Assembly: GCA_026025795.1 (NCBI GenBank)
Contig: JAPEUG010000018.1
Coordinates: 62,001 to 91,183 of the forward strand
Direction: 5' to 3'
Length of the DNA stretch: 29,183 nt
Origin: Thelocarpon superellum
Lineage: Eukaryota
The notes beneath the pieces are model-generated. The model had not been told where the DNA came from and made no database searches. It worked only from the letters and a program-made list of their open reading frames with translations. The position numbers were made by a program, and so were the translations under genes. The first letter of the stretch is position 1, and every line of letters begins with the position of its first letter. Below are positions 13,376 to 24,521 of the stretch, one piece after another.

Positions 13376-13707
13376 GATGCAGAGGGTGAGGTGTTGGTGA
13401 GAATCCCATGAGACACACTCGTCCTGAGCCGGCTTGACTAGCACTCGCGCTCTCTTCACGACTTCCTTCGTCACCAACATTTTTCTCGTGGGACGAGGAC
13501 ACGAGAGAAGGATGACTAAGTCAGGTCACGCCGCGACGCGACACGGAAACTGGGAGCGAGCCCTCGCGAGAAATTGCCCGCCAGCTGAAGCTTCCGGAGC
13601 ACTGAGGAACGCAGTGGAAGAGTGAAATTGCATCATCGCCTGGCAAGACAGACCGAGGTCATGCTCAAACCCTCGAATGGAGTGTTGACATTCGGGTCAG
13701 ACTCGAC

Positions 13708-16700
13708 ATGCCGGCGGCCAATGAAGACGTGCACATGCCGGCACAACTCCCACTGTCCGAGGACGAGCTGCGGACCCTCTCGAAACAGGTCCGTTCTAGC
13801 TTCTCTTCCTCCTGTGGGCACGACCCGCAGGCCGCCGTCCAGTGAGCACACATGACGCCGTGGAACGAAATATGGGTGTGGAAAGCTCACCTGCTCAAAG
13901 GAGATTTGAAAGCGTCCTCAACAGCATCTTGGAGGCGGTCGTCTGGACCGAAGCAGCTCTCCCACACCGGACAGCGGCATGTAATGCCCTCAGTGCACTC
14001 GTGGCCACGTGCCTTGGCTCGCCACACTCTCTCCTGCGCGCTCAGGCGTCCCGTCCGGATCTATGTCTCCGCGTCTGTTCTATCTATCTCGAGATGTCCG
14101 ATCTGTGTAGAGCCAAGCCCATGAGACAGATCCTCATGTCCCTGCACTCGATGTTGCTCCAAGATACGGATCGGCCCGAAAAGAAGAAGGTCAAGGCTCT
14201 CATCGGTCAGAGGCTTGTCTCTATCCTGCTCAATCGCGAAGCCCACCCGAGGGTGAAGCCCGCCATTCAAGCCATGGAGTATCTTGTGAAGAAAGAAGAG
14301 CTACTCGTCACTGACTTGGTCTCGATGCTCCAGGTGTCTGCCGACAAGGAGCTAGCATTGATCGATCACGAGAGCCCAGGAGCTGTCCCAGACCAACACG
14401 TCGTCTCTCACACGCATTTCCAGCCCCTCGTCCGCTTACTGTCCTTGGCAATTCTTGAATGGATCACCTATCCGGATCTGGCGCCGGCAGCGGGCAAGCT
14501 GTTCGTGGCATTCTTCCATCAGCTACAAAAGCATCCACCAGACTCAATGCAACCCCACATTCCCAAAGTCTCACCTCCAGCCTGGGTCGAGCCACTGCGA
14601 CAGTCCATCTCCACGCATGTCGATTGCGTGGACGCGTTGAAGCAGCATGTCTTACCGGGGATGTTGGCTTTGGACCGACATCAATTTGTGCAGCTGCTAC
14701 GAACACTTCCTTGGCAAGTGCTCATGGTCCAAGGACACGTGGAAGACACAGTGGAAACGGAGCTGCTCTTTGCATGTCTACAGGTCGGCAAGGAGCTGGG
14801 ATTAGTTGTTGAGTCAGGTAGGCGAAAAACGAGACCGTTGCCGTGTCAAGACAGGCCACGGACTGTGCTGACTGCCCCTAGAATCTGAAGTCGTGGGCGA
14901 TGGAACGATGCGAGATGGCATGGTCGTCCTCTCCAAAGGTGTGTTGGGCCACCTGCTATGCCATCGGTCGGCAACCATCCGGTCCAGTGCACTCTCCCTG
15001 TTGGTCTCATGCCCATCCACGACACGCCAAATCTCCAGTGGCACGTTATTGCTGTTAAGAGACCACCTCCCACATCTCCACGCTGATGTTGAATCCAAAT
15101 TCCGCCATGACTTGCTCTCAGTCATCAAGAAGCTCATCAATCGTCTGCGCGGCGGCCTGTCTCACACCGCCCGTGAGATCGAGCGAAACAAGACACTGGA
15201 GCGTAAGATGCGAGTAGCCACGAGCTTGGCGGAGAAGGATGGCGTCGGCGACGCCTCGTGGGTTGCACGACAGGCCGTGTTGAGGGGATTTGAAAGGATC
15301 TGGAACGACCACGTGGCCTTTATCCAATGGTACATCAGCTTCACGCTGTCAGAACTGGGGTCTACCTCAAGTTATCAGCGGCATGTCATGGCCCTGAAAG
15401 CGATCATCATTCTGCTTCACTCTGGCCTGGACGAGCGTGTCTCCCTTGATGCGGCTTCTCGACCTGCACAGGAACCAGCAAAATGGCCACTTCATTTCCC
15501 CATCGGTGGGCCGACCGCGACCCGCTTGTTGCTGGACCTTCTGGTGGACCCCTTCGAGGACGTCCGTGAGGCGTCAACGGAGATTCTAATGATGATCCCC
15601 GCTGAAGTGTCTCACCTGATTCGAGCTGAGGGTCCGCCTGCCTTGGGATTTGATCTGGATGCTCTCACTAGACGCGCCGAGCGCCAGATGCAGCAGACGT
15701 GTAGAGCCGATCATTCTGACGGATTCGCACGCTTCTACGAGCTGTCTTTCAATCTTCGCCGTCAGCGGTCCAAGACAAATTCTGCACACCTTCCTCCTGT
15801 TCAAGACCGCAAGCATGAGCCGATTCATCCAGAATATCTGATCCATCAGTTGGAAATGTTGACTGGCGCATTCCAAGCGGCATCTCCTACCTCGTCATTT
15901 GTCCCGCCGATGCATGGATACCTAATCAGTCTGCGGTATACTTCTCCTTCCCGACGGACGAATCCCCGCTGATTTCGTAGCTATATCCTAGATCGACCGG
16001 GATTTTACCCCTCGCTGGCACAACTCCCACGCGAGGAGGTCCTTGAATGGAGATCATTGCATCACCGGGCGCTTACATCTTGCACAAAGATCTGGTCGTT
16101 GGTGCAAGGTATTCTTTGTACGGATTCACCAGAAGGATATCTGCCCGGCGAACCCGATGACCATCTGGACGTCAACTCAAAGGATATTTTGAGCTTCTCC
16201 TGGCGCGCCCTCAAGGAGTCAAGGTGGTCAACAACGAGGCAGGATCAAGTGACCGCCGCTGATTATCTTCAGCCTTCTCCTGCAAACGATGATATCAAAG
16301 GCAAGTTATATGCCCGACTCGGAGTTGTCGCTTCTCCGCACCGTCGATATTCGAGTCGCGAGCGAACTCTCCTTTGAGCAGCTCGCCACACTTCGCCACC
16401 GTGGCGCATTCTCAACCGTGTCATCCACATTTGCTACATGCTGTATCCGGTGCGGTCAGATTGAAGAAGAAGAGCTTCAGCAGTTGCCGATGTTGTGGTA
16501 TCAAGTGAGCTGGTCACAAAGACTCATTCTTCTCTCGCTCACGACCCAGTAGAGGACCATGATGCACATGCGCGAGAATGCGTCCAAGACCACTCGACGG
16601 TCGGCTGGGATGCCGGCGTTGATCATTGGCATTCTGAGCGCCCAGCCCAGAGGAACTCTGTCCGAGCCAATCATTTGCGACCTACTGGCCGAGGGTCGTG

Positions 16701-19192
16701 GTGCGGCCGACAATGTCGCGGCTGATGCAGGATATCAAATTGCTCGCGTGCATGCTCTCAACTGTCTCAAGGAGATCTTTACCCACTCGCGACTGGGTCT
16801 GATCTCGGAGGCGTACGTGGCACAGGGCCTGAATCTCGCAGCGGCCTGTCTTGCGTCGAACACGTGGGATTTCCCTGTCGACGCTGCTATGCGCCCTTGT
16901 TGACCATCTCTCCAGATGGGCCATCGGAAACTGCGGTCTGATGTTGTTTCGGGCGCTGATCGATCGCCTTCTCGGCACTAACGAGTTTGGGAATCGAACG
17001 AGTACTGACTGGTCACGACGTTCGTCCAAGATATCATATGACAAGTATCCTGCCTTGCCTGGACTCCTCGAACACCTGCTTCGGCCTCTGCCTACGATCC
17101 CCGAGGTGCCGGGGCGGGGGCTGACACCGCCCGGTCACGAGCCGGTGCAAGCTGTCTTTCCGGCTCTTGATGTTATTCGTCGTGCTGGACCACCAGAAAC
17201 CAGCCGCACGAGCCTTATGGAGCTCGTTTTGGCCCAGGTAGACGGTCCCATCTGGCATGTGCGCGACTTGGCGGCTCGAACATATGCGTCTTTTGTGCAT
17301 CGGAGCGACCTCATCCCCACCATCCGTCGGCTTCTCGACCTCCCCAACCAGTCACAAAACACACTGCACGGTCGATTGCTCTGTGTCAAGTATCTCGCTG
17401 AGAAGACCCAGTCACGGGAGGGACGGAATCCTACGGGTACTTGTCATGGCTTTCTATTCTCGTGCTCACTGACGCTATCAGGTGTCATAGGCAAGATCCT
17501 GGAGATCCTGGAGATCCTGATTGCCCATCGAGATGCGATCATAGTCCGGAACTCGTGTCCCATCACTCAAGTTGCCTGGTTCGAGATCACCGAGTTCCTT
17601 TTGCGCGTGATACTCGGCACCTCTCTGGGAACAAAGAATGGTATGATAGCCAGGCAGACGCGCGTAGGAGGCTGAATTTGTTGCAGACGTTCCCCAAGCT
17701 ACCAGTAACATGGTATCGTCACTCGAATCGCAGACTCACGTCTGGTTGCAGGAGAAGAAGCCAGCCCCGGGTCAAGGATCCAACGTCATGTTGTCGCCCA
17801 TCCTGCACGCCTCGAATGTGAAGGCTCTCTGCCTCGGCATCATGGGAGATTGGAAAGGGCTCAGCGGGCTGGTCCGAAAGTCTCACAAAGATATCTTGAA
17901 CAGCGTCCTTGAGGTTGCAGGTTCCCTGCACCATCCGAGCCCTACAAGCCCTTTGCGTGATGTCGGGTCATTGCTGGAGACGTTCGTCTCCGTTGTGCGC
18001 AGTTGCCCTTCACAGGTCGTCGCCATGCGGAACATATCCAACATCGTGGAGAATCATCCCGCTCTAGCAGAATCCTGTGGGACGATCATCTTAACCCTGC
18101 CGTCCGCCGATTGGACCGTCGTGGTTCCGCTCTACCCTCCGTCGCTGCGAGAAGCCGATCTACGGCTGAGAGGATCTTGCCTCGGCTTTGAACTGATCTG
18201 TAGTGATCAATCAGATTTGGGGCAAGCCCAGAGGAAAGTTCGCCAGTGGTGTCAGATGATTCGGGAGGCTGCTGATGACAAGAATGTGGGTGTTCAAGAG
18301 GACACCGTGCTTGACCCCGGAAACCAATGGCTGACTTGGTTAGGAGGAGAAAATTCGCGACGCAGCCCGGCAGTCGCTTCAGGCCTTTTTCAAAGTTCTC
18401 CGGTCGAATGGAAGTATCAGCGACACCCATGATGTGCTGCTCGAACCCTATCTCGTCACGTACGACATGCTGAACGACGACGATTTCGAGATCCGAGATG
18501 AGGCCGCAACGATCGCATCTGCCATCCTTCCCAACCCTTCAACGCGAGGTTCTTCCATGTCTCTCATACCCCTGGCTGCTAGCGCTGAGTTGTCGGAGTG
18601 GCTTGCATGTGGGTATGCAGGCTCGCGTGTGTTATGCGAGGAAGCGATCTGTCGCGTCAGTGCCGCCAGTTCGACAAATGGCCGCGCCGGACCTCCGCGC
18701 TATCCCCTAATCCCATTCACCAAGCTCCTTATTGAAGCGAGACGGGAAGACACATCACTCTTCGCCGAAGAGAAACAAAATCTCTTCGTCGATCCGACAC
18801 GGGAGTCCCAGATCTGGTGTCGTGTGCTGAAGACGTTATCATCCGCGGCAGTCACGGCTCCAATTGCGGCAGATTTCGTATGGTGGGTTCGACAGGGCCT
18901 AGAGGTTCTTTCGGATGCTACCGGACGGGAGCACGATGGACCGCTTGGCTGGACGAGCTCTGCCGACGTCTTCTCGCTGGGAATGAGATTGTTCAATGCC
19001 GCAGAAGTTGTACTACATTGGTGCAAAGAGGGCTTCGTTGACGAAGAGCAAGGTGGGATTCGCGACCTCCTGGAGATCCTCCTGAAAATCGGACATCAAA
19101 GGGCATTGCACGAGCTCTGGATGACAAAGGTTCAAGCTTTGCTCGGTCTTTCAGATCGAAGTGAAAGGGATGAGTCAACGTTAGCACCATGA
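13708..19192 (+). CDS. TRM732: THADA/Trm732-family HEAT-repeat protein (DUF2428), partner of the tRNA 2'-O-methyltransferase Trm7
   Basis: Ten exons join in frame with introns 13842-13900, 14818-14881, 15936-15980, 16224-16272, 16505-16552, 16864-16915, 17437-17481, 17641-17686, 18286-18343. Motifs SYQRH, DSPEG, LSFSWRALKES, LRHRGAFS, TRRSAGMP, VHALNCLKEIF, LFAEEKQNLFVD. Exon 1 and the start codon are the least certain part. Confidence 0.88.
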
Positions 19193-19764
19193 GCTTTGTC
19201 TCCGAACCGTGGGCTTTGTTCAGATGGACAATGTGGCGTCTCATGAAGCCAGCAGCAGTGAATGGATGTCTTGTTTTCTGGAACAACGACGGCTATTCAC
19301 ACGTCGTGAGGCATGAAGCGTCATCAATGGACGCAACAACGACGCTCAACTGCAAAGCCTGAACTCAACTAGCGGAGGCCGACGGCATAAAATCGGCCCT
19401 AGGTCCGCCGACATCATTTCCGTCCATCCTCATCTTCACAGCTGATAGAGTCCCGACGAATCGATACAGCCTACTTCCGCAAACTCCTTTGGCTCTCACA
19501 TAGCATTCACCTATTCTGACTGTTCCTACACCTATAGAATCGAAGTGATTGATCACGTTTGCCCACACCACCTATATCCACAACACATGGTTCAAGCCGG
19601 CTCTTGCGCTCCAACCGGAGAATAACATTCCTCCTCACATACAAAACGACAAAACGACAATCGGCGATCTTGTCCCAACGGTCAGCGACCAGACGATATC
19701 AGGCCCGTCTCATCGCTCTCCTCCCCTCTCCTCTCTCCTCACCCGATTACCTCAACCGGCAAAA

Positions 19765-20100
19765 ATGGGACGCAACGACGCCGTCGCCTGGACGATGGTC
19801 GGCACCTTCTTGGCCGTCGGAATTGTCGGGTACATCATGTACCGATACATGCAATTCCGGATCCAAGTGGCGCGGGAATCTCGCGCCGTCGAGCTTGCAG
19901 ACCGAGCTGCTCGCGTCGCCGCCGCCGCCGCGCCCGCAGAGGCGGAACCCGAAGCACCCGGCGCTGCCGCCGAAGCTGCCGCGGCGCCGGTCCCAGTTGC
20001 CGTGGTGGTGGAGGAGCCACCACCTCCTCCGACGGGAACGGAATCAGTAACGTCCTCACTTTTCGTCGAAGATTGGTCTTCTGACACTGAAGAGACCTAA
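19765..20100 (+). CDS. Small single-pass membrane protein, 111 aa, Ala/Glu/Pro-rich tail
   Basis: ATG in AAAAATGG context after a CT-rich leader. Hydrophobic segment AVAWTMVGTFLAVGIVGYIMY followed by basic residues. GC-rich coding-like codon usage. Confidence 0.65.
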   Translation: MGRNDAVAWTMVGTFLAVGIVGYIMYRYMQFRIQVARESRAVELADRAARVAAAAAPAEAEPEAPGAAAEAAAAPVPVAVVVEEPPPPPTGTESVTSSLFVEDWSSDTEET

Positions 20101-20452
20101 GCTAATCTGTGTTTGTGTCTTGGTCTAGTGAGGTTTTGTTTTGGGAATGGAAATGGAAATGGGCATACGGTGCATATGGGAAAGGCATGGAGGAATATGG
20201 AGTTGTGGTGATGGTTGTTTGGTCATGGGTTGTCGTGGTTGGCGCTGGTTCGTCGCTCGACCCTATCTGGCCCAGAATATGCTCTGGATCCAGGTCTGGA
20301 TGCAGGTCTGGGTCTGCGTCCGGGCTGGAAGGGCTAATAGAAAGGCGACGGGATTGCGTCGGCACCTGTACGATCTTCATCTCCTTATCCACATCATGTA
20401 ACATCGTTGTTGACGATGTTATCTTCACGCGGTCTGACGTAGGATCTGATAT

Positions 20453-22155
20453 TCATACACCAAGGATCCAGTCGACCAGGCTCCTTCCAATGCCCAACGG
20501 CGGCACGAGATCCACATTCCACATTCCGCTCATTGGCTCCGGATCGCCCCAGAAACGCAAGGAGAAAGCGAGCCATGCCACGACCCAGATATGTCCTAGG
20601 CCCCGAGCCAGGACGCTCGTTCCCTTTCCCTTCACCCCTCCCTTCACGGGACTCCTCACACCCGTCATAAGATGAGCCGCCAACTTCTCGAGCGAAATGA
20701 CCACGGCCTGGCTCAGAAAGAAGGCGAATTCACCCATCTCGTGTCCTGTGGCGCAGTAGGCGCCCGCGGCGTGGAAGAACCCCGTCATGGTGAAGCCGAC
20801 GTACAAGACCATCAGCATGGACCAGACCGAGCCTTTGTCAAGGCGAAGGACGTCTCGTGCCATGTACCGGCCCGGTGTCGCTGCTGTCTGTGTGTCCGCA
20901 AATGAGCGCCCCTGGAATGTTATCGCGCTGTAGGGGAGACTTGATACGTACCCGGCGGATCAGCTGATGCCAAGTAACGCTGCGATCGATCAGCCTTCTT
21001 TCTTTATCATCCCCCATTCCCCCCTTCGGCCTTGTGCCCGCGCGGGTGTAATGTGATGCACAGCGGTGTAGAGCATAGGCGGAAACATACTCCCAGAACC
21101 TCCGAACGGTATACGCTTCCACCACGGAACCGAAAAGAGGAGGCCAATCTCGCGGCGCCCAGATCCCGACGGCGGTCGTGAGCGCCGCAGCGGCCGAATA
21201 AGTCATGTCGAGGACCAGGAAGGCGCGGATTCCACACGTGAAGCCCGCCACGACTTGAAAGAGACGCGGATGCGCCAGGAGCACAGCACCGAGCCCACCG
21301 GACGATTGGAAACGAGTCGAGCTGGGCCAGGCACGGGATTGCACCCACGATTGCAGTACATCTTGCACAACCAGCCAGATGATCGCCCGGCTTATCTTTT
21401 CTATCACGAATTGCCTAGAGTGAACCACAGTCAGCTCGGTGGAACTCCCCGTGCGCAGGATGGAAAGCGAAGGAGGGAAAGCGTCGACGAAACAGATGAC
21501 GGAAGCGCAGGTGAAGCGGAAGAGAGGGGAGAAGTGAGAGTGAATATGTAGACGAGCCTGCGAGCACAGACAGATCGGAAAAGGGAAGATCGAGCAATCA
21601 CCAAACAGGATACCCGTCATCCACCGCCCTCGGCGTCCCCTTGACCTGCCAAGACCACCCCACCCCACGACAAGTCATCCAGAGCTCGACATCCCAGCGA
21701 AACTTATCCCAGAGGCTGTCAAACGTCTGCGCGGCCTTTCGTTCCTTCTTCGCATCGCGTGCGGCCCGCCCGGACTTGTCAGAGCCACCATCCAGATGAC
21801 CGTCGTTGTTATCAGCACCATCAGGTCCAGCATCAAGAGGAGATTCAGCACGATCAAGCTTGAAACACTCAGCCTCTGGTGTCGAAAAGACCAGCCGGTC
21901 CAAACACGACATGAGCAGCTGCGCGACACAGGCGCCCTGGAGGTAAGCGCGCACGGGGCTGTCCTGGACAATATGCGCGACGCATTGCGCCGTGCTGACT
22001 ATGACGAGCGGAAGGAAGATGTGCGTGCGTGCCGAAACGGGTGGGAAGAGGAGCGCGCTGATGGCCACGAGGTACAAGACTTGGAAATAAAGTGGGAAGC
22101 GGTCTGCGGGTGGAGACTCTGCTGGTGATGATAGGCTCGTTGCTTCGCTGCTCAT
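20453..22155 (-). CDS. Wax-synthase-type membrane-bound O-acyltransferase (MBOAT_2)
   Basis: Exons 22155-~21602 (donor uncertain), 21414-21091, 20979-20952, 20887-20453. Motifs RGVGWSWQVK, DWPPLFGSVVEAYTVRRFWDVTWHQLIRR, FTMTGFFH (putative catalytic His), FFLSQAVVISLE, LGHIWVVAW. Confidence 0.88.
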
Positions 22156-22462
22156 GTTCGCTCAAATCAATGCGCGAGTAGCAACAGGAGCAGTGTGGGG
22201 CTCCTGCACATGAGCTCGCACTTCAACACGATGAGATGAGATGGGCTGGAGGTGGGAGAAGGGAAAGACGCGGAGAAACGCCATTCAGCGATTCACCCAT
22301 CCACCCAGTCAGCACGCCCTCTTCCATCACTACTCTCGTCCTCGTATTCGGGTCCTCTGTCTTCCCATTGGTTACCGGTTCATAGTAGACCGCTCATTTC
22401 AGACCGCCCGTTGTGGGCTGTCGGACGCCCTCCTCCACAGATGACGTAGAGGTGGGGGCGGG

Positions 22463-22602
22463 TGTCAGGATTGCGGGTCACGTGGCATCCACGTGACCCT
22501 TCAGCTCATATAACTACTAGTAGCCAGTTCACTCTAGCTTAGCTAGTCAGACAATACAAGCACTTAGCTTCTACCTGAATGATGAAGGCCGAGAGCCTGA
22601 CA
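22463..22602 (+). mobile_element. Solo LTR, 140 bp, with 5-bp target-site duplication
   Basis: Begins TGTCAGG and ends CCTGACA (7-bp terminal inverted repeat, TG..CA). Flanked by GCGGG at 22458-22462 and 22603-22607. More AT-rich than its flanks, with TATAA followed by AATACA, which suggests + orientation. Confidence 0.88.
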
Positions 22603-22827
22603 GCGGGAACCAGCCAAACGTAGTATGAATACGGCGTTCTTGTACGTGTACTCTTGTCCACCATACTGTTCAGGTGGACCGTATGCACTCCTCCCGTAGG
22701 CAGGTCCTTCTTGCCCGTTCCCCCCGCTCATTGTCTTCGGCTGAGCAACTGCAGCGACTGCTTGCTGCGGACGATGGTGGAGATCCCCAGGATCCGCGGC
22801 CATGTTCGGGTCGCCGTTCCGCGAGTG

Positions 22828-23922
22828 CTATTGCTGTTCGATCCGTGCCCGGTTCTGTTGTTTCTGCTTCCAGGTGACGGGTGGCGCGGTACAGGACGTG
22901 GAAAAGTGTCCTGGACCCATACAGTTGTGGCACACAACCTCGTCGGCTGCCTGTTGTCCCCGGCGGGAAGGCTGGTATGGCGGTGGCGGGGGGAAGAAAG
23001 CTGGAGGAACCATCTCCCGTAAGTTTTCGGTCGCCGGCTTTGCGTGTTGGCCCTTGTCCGACGTCTGCTGAGCCATCGTGCGGATGAGGTTGAGGAGCTC
23101 ACGGCTGGCATCCGTCGCTGTCGCATTTGTTGCCGTTGCCTCTGCCTTCTTGCTGGCCCAATCGTCGAATGGGTTCTCTCGTCCGATACGGCTGTACGCC
23201 CGGATGATTGCTCGCTTTGCATCTTCGTACTCGACTGTCTCGAGGTCGGGCAGGTACATCTGGACGAAGTCGATTTTGTGATCATCCGTGAGCCCACCGA
23301 TGAGGAAGCGACCAATGTGCTGTTTCATCTCCTCTGGGCACCGCTTGTATAGGTGGTCCGCGTCACTCAGATATTCCGTGATCGGCTTCCGTCCCTGTCG
23401 TAGCATCATGATCTGATTTGTTATCGTGAAGACGTCAAGAGGGTTCTTCTTCACCGAGAACTCTCCCACAAAAGCGTCTTTGAGCCTATCCCACGACTCC
23501 TTCGTCGCCTCGTCTAGCTCGCGGTACCAGGAGAGGGCACTGTCTCGGAGGCTCGTACGGAAGTGGACACGACACGCCAACTGCGAGCGTTGGTCACTGC
23601 CGTAGTCCTTTTCCTCGACAATGAACTCGATCGTCTCGAGGTGTACCTTTGCCGACTCTCGGCCGTCCTTCCTACCGAAGAAGGATGGGATCTCGGTCGA
23701 CATCTTCGCTCTCCCACTTGGCCTTACAGCGGACGGGAGGGGTGTAATCGGAGGGTTGGAGATGGTACCGCTCGTAGATCGGGTCGACTCACTCGAAGAG
23801 TCTGGGTACGGAATCCCGGCTACCTGAGGTGGATCTACTAGCCACCTCACCCGTGGTCGAAACGGGAGCTGGCGGTAGAAGAACTGTGGTGCAGGGTGCT
23901 GGAAGGGAGGGGTTACGGGCAT
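22828..23922 (-). CDS. Ty3/gypsy-like retrotransposon Gag (capsid region plus CCHC zinc knuckle)
   Basis: 364-aa ORF with IPSFFG, FRTSLRDSALSWY..SWDRLKDAFVGEF, LRQGRKPITEYL..A..L (retrotransposon gag / major homology region), FLIGGL and the knuckle CHNCMGPGHFSTSC (Cx2Cx4Hx4C). Alternative start at ATG 23703. Confidence 0.9.
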   Translation of the reverse strand: MPVTPPFQHPAPQFFYRQLPFRPRVRWLVDPPQVAGIPYPDSSSESTRSTSGTISNPPITPLPSAVRPSGRAKMSTEIPSFFGRKDGRESAKVHLETIEFIVEEKDYGSDQRSQLACRVHFRTSLRDSALSWYRELDEATKESWDRLKDAFVGEFSVKKNPLDVFTITNQIMMLRQGRKPITEYLSDADHLYKRCPEEMKQHIGRFLIGGLTDDHKIDFVQMYLPDLETVEYEDAKRAIIRAYSRIGRENPFDDWASKKAEATATNATATDASRELLNLIRTMAQQTSDKGQHAKPATENLREMVPPAFFPPPPPYQPSRRGQQAADEVVCHNCMGPGHFSTSCTAPPVTWKQKQQNRARIEQQ

Positions 23923-24270
23923 TAACCCGCCTCGTCGCTTGTACTATCGTCTTGGATCCGATCTGCCGTTGTCAATCTCCGCCGTCGGTCGACAGGTCTC
24001 CTGTCTGAACCGTTGGGGATAGACTGTCTACCGTATCGATAAGTCACAGTCTGGTCCTCTTGATCGCGGGTACTCCCACCCCACTGCTCAAGGGTCTCAC
24101 TCCCCGATCGACTCGCTGGTGCGTCGAGAACCACCGTTCAAGTTCGAAGGCTCTCCCGTATTGGTCGACCTGTCGTCTCGATTCTACCGTACATATGTGT
24201 CTCTGACCCAGGTTCCTTTGGCAATGGTCCCTGTTTTCTGTGCGGGGCCGCCAACTGACGCACCCCGAAT

Positions 24271-24410
24271 TGTAAACTGGGATGGGTGATTTTCACTACG
24301 GAAGCTATTCTGCGAGCTATTATACACCTGGGAATGGGTCACGTGGGTGGCGAATTACCGTGGCTGCCGTTGCCGTAATCACCCTCTACAGTACGCTTAA
24401 GAGCCTGACA
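24271..24410 (-). repeat. Candidate 5' LTR of the gag element
   Basis: TGTCAGG start on the minus strand and a possible TTTACA end at 24271. The inner boundary is a guess. No matching second copy in the window. Confidence 0.45.
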
Positions 24411-24521
24411 AGCGCGCGGCGCCTGTGTCCCGGCCTTGGAGCGCGCTTCCTGACTCTTGACCCTGTGCCTTCTCGCACCTTTGCTCTCATCTGTGAAGGT
24501 GCCAGCCATCACCAACGCGAC

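Larger units (their letters stand above)
22608..24410 (-). mobile_element. Truncated or non-autonomous LTR retroelement (candidate 5' LTR, leader, gag; no pol)
   Basis: The minus strand starts TGTCAGGCTC at 24410, followed by CCACGTGACCC and TATAAT, then a leader and gag. No protease, RT or integrase motifs occur before the MBOAT gene. The 3' boundary is undefined and may continue past the solo LTR. Confidence 0.65.

Noticed and set aside
13842..13900. GTG or ATG 13872 start for TRM732 as in the ORF track
   Set aside because: The segment reads better as an intron (GTGAGC..CTCAC..AAG) joining an upstream exon from ATG 13708 in frame, although this is unconfirmed.
20102..20675. Overlapping ORFs (108 aa minus, 188 aa plus) and degenerate 6/12-nt repeats between two convergent genes
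   Set aside because: Low-complexity 3' UTR sequence, and the plus ORF is largely antisense to the MBOAT last exon.
22463..24410. Treating the two LTR-like units as the paired LTRs of one intact element
   Set aside because: They do not align beyond short motifs, the left one has its own TSD, and the outer flanks differ (GCGGG versus AGCGC).
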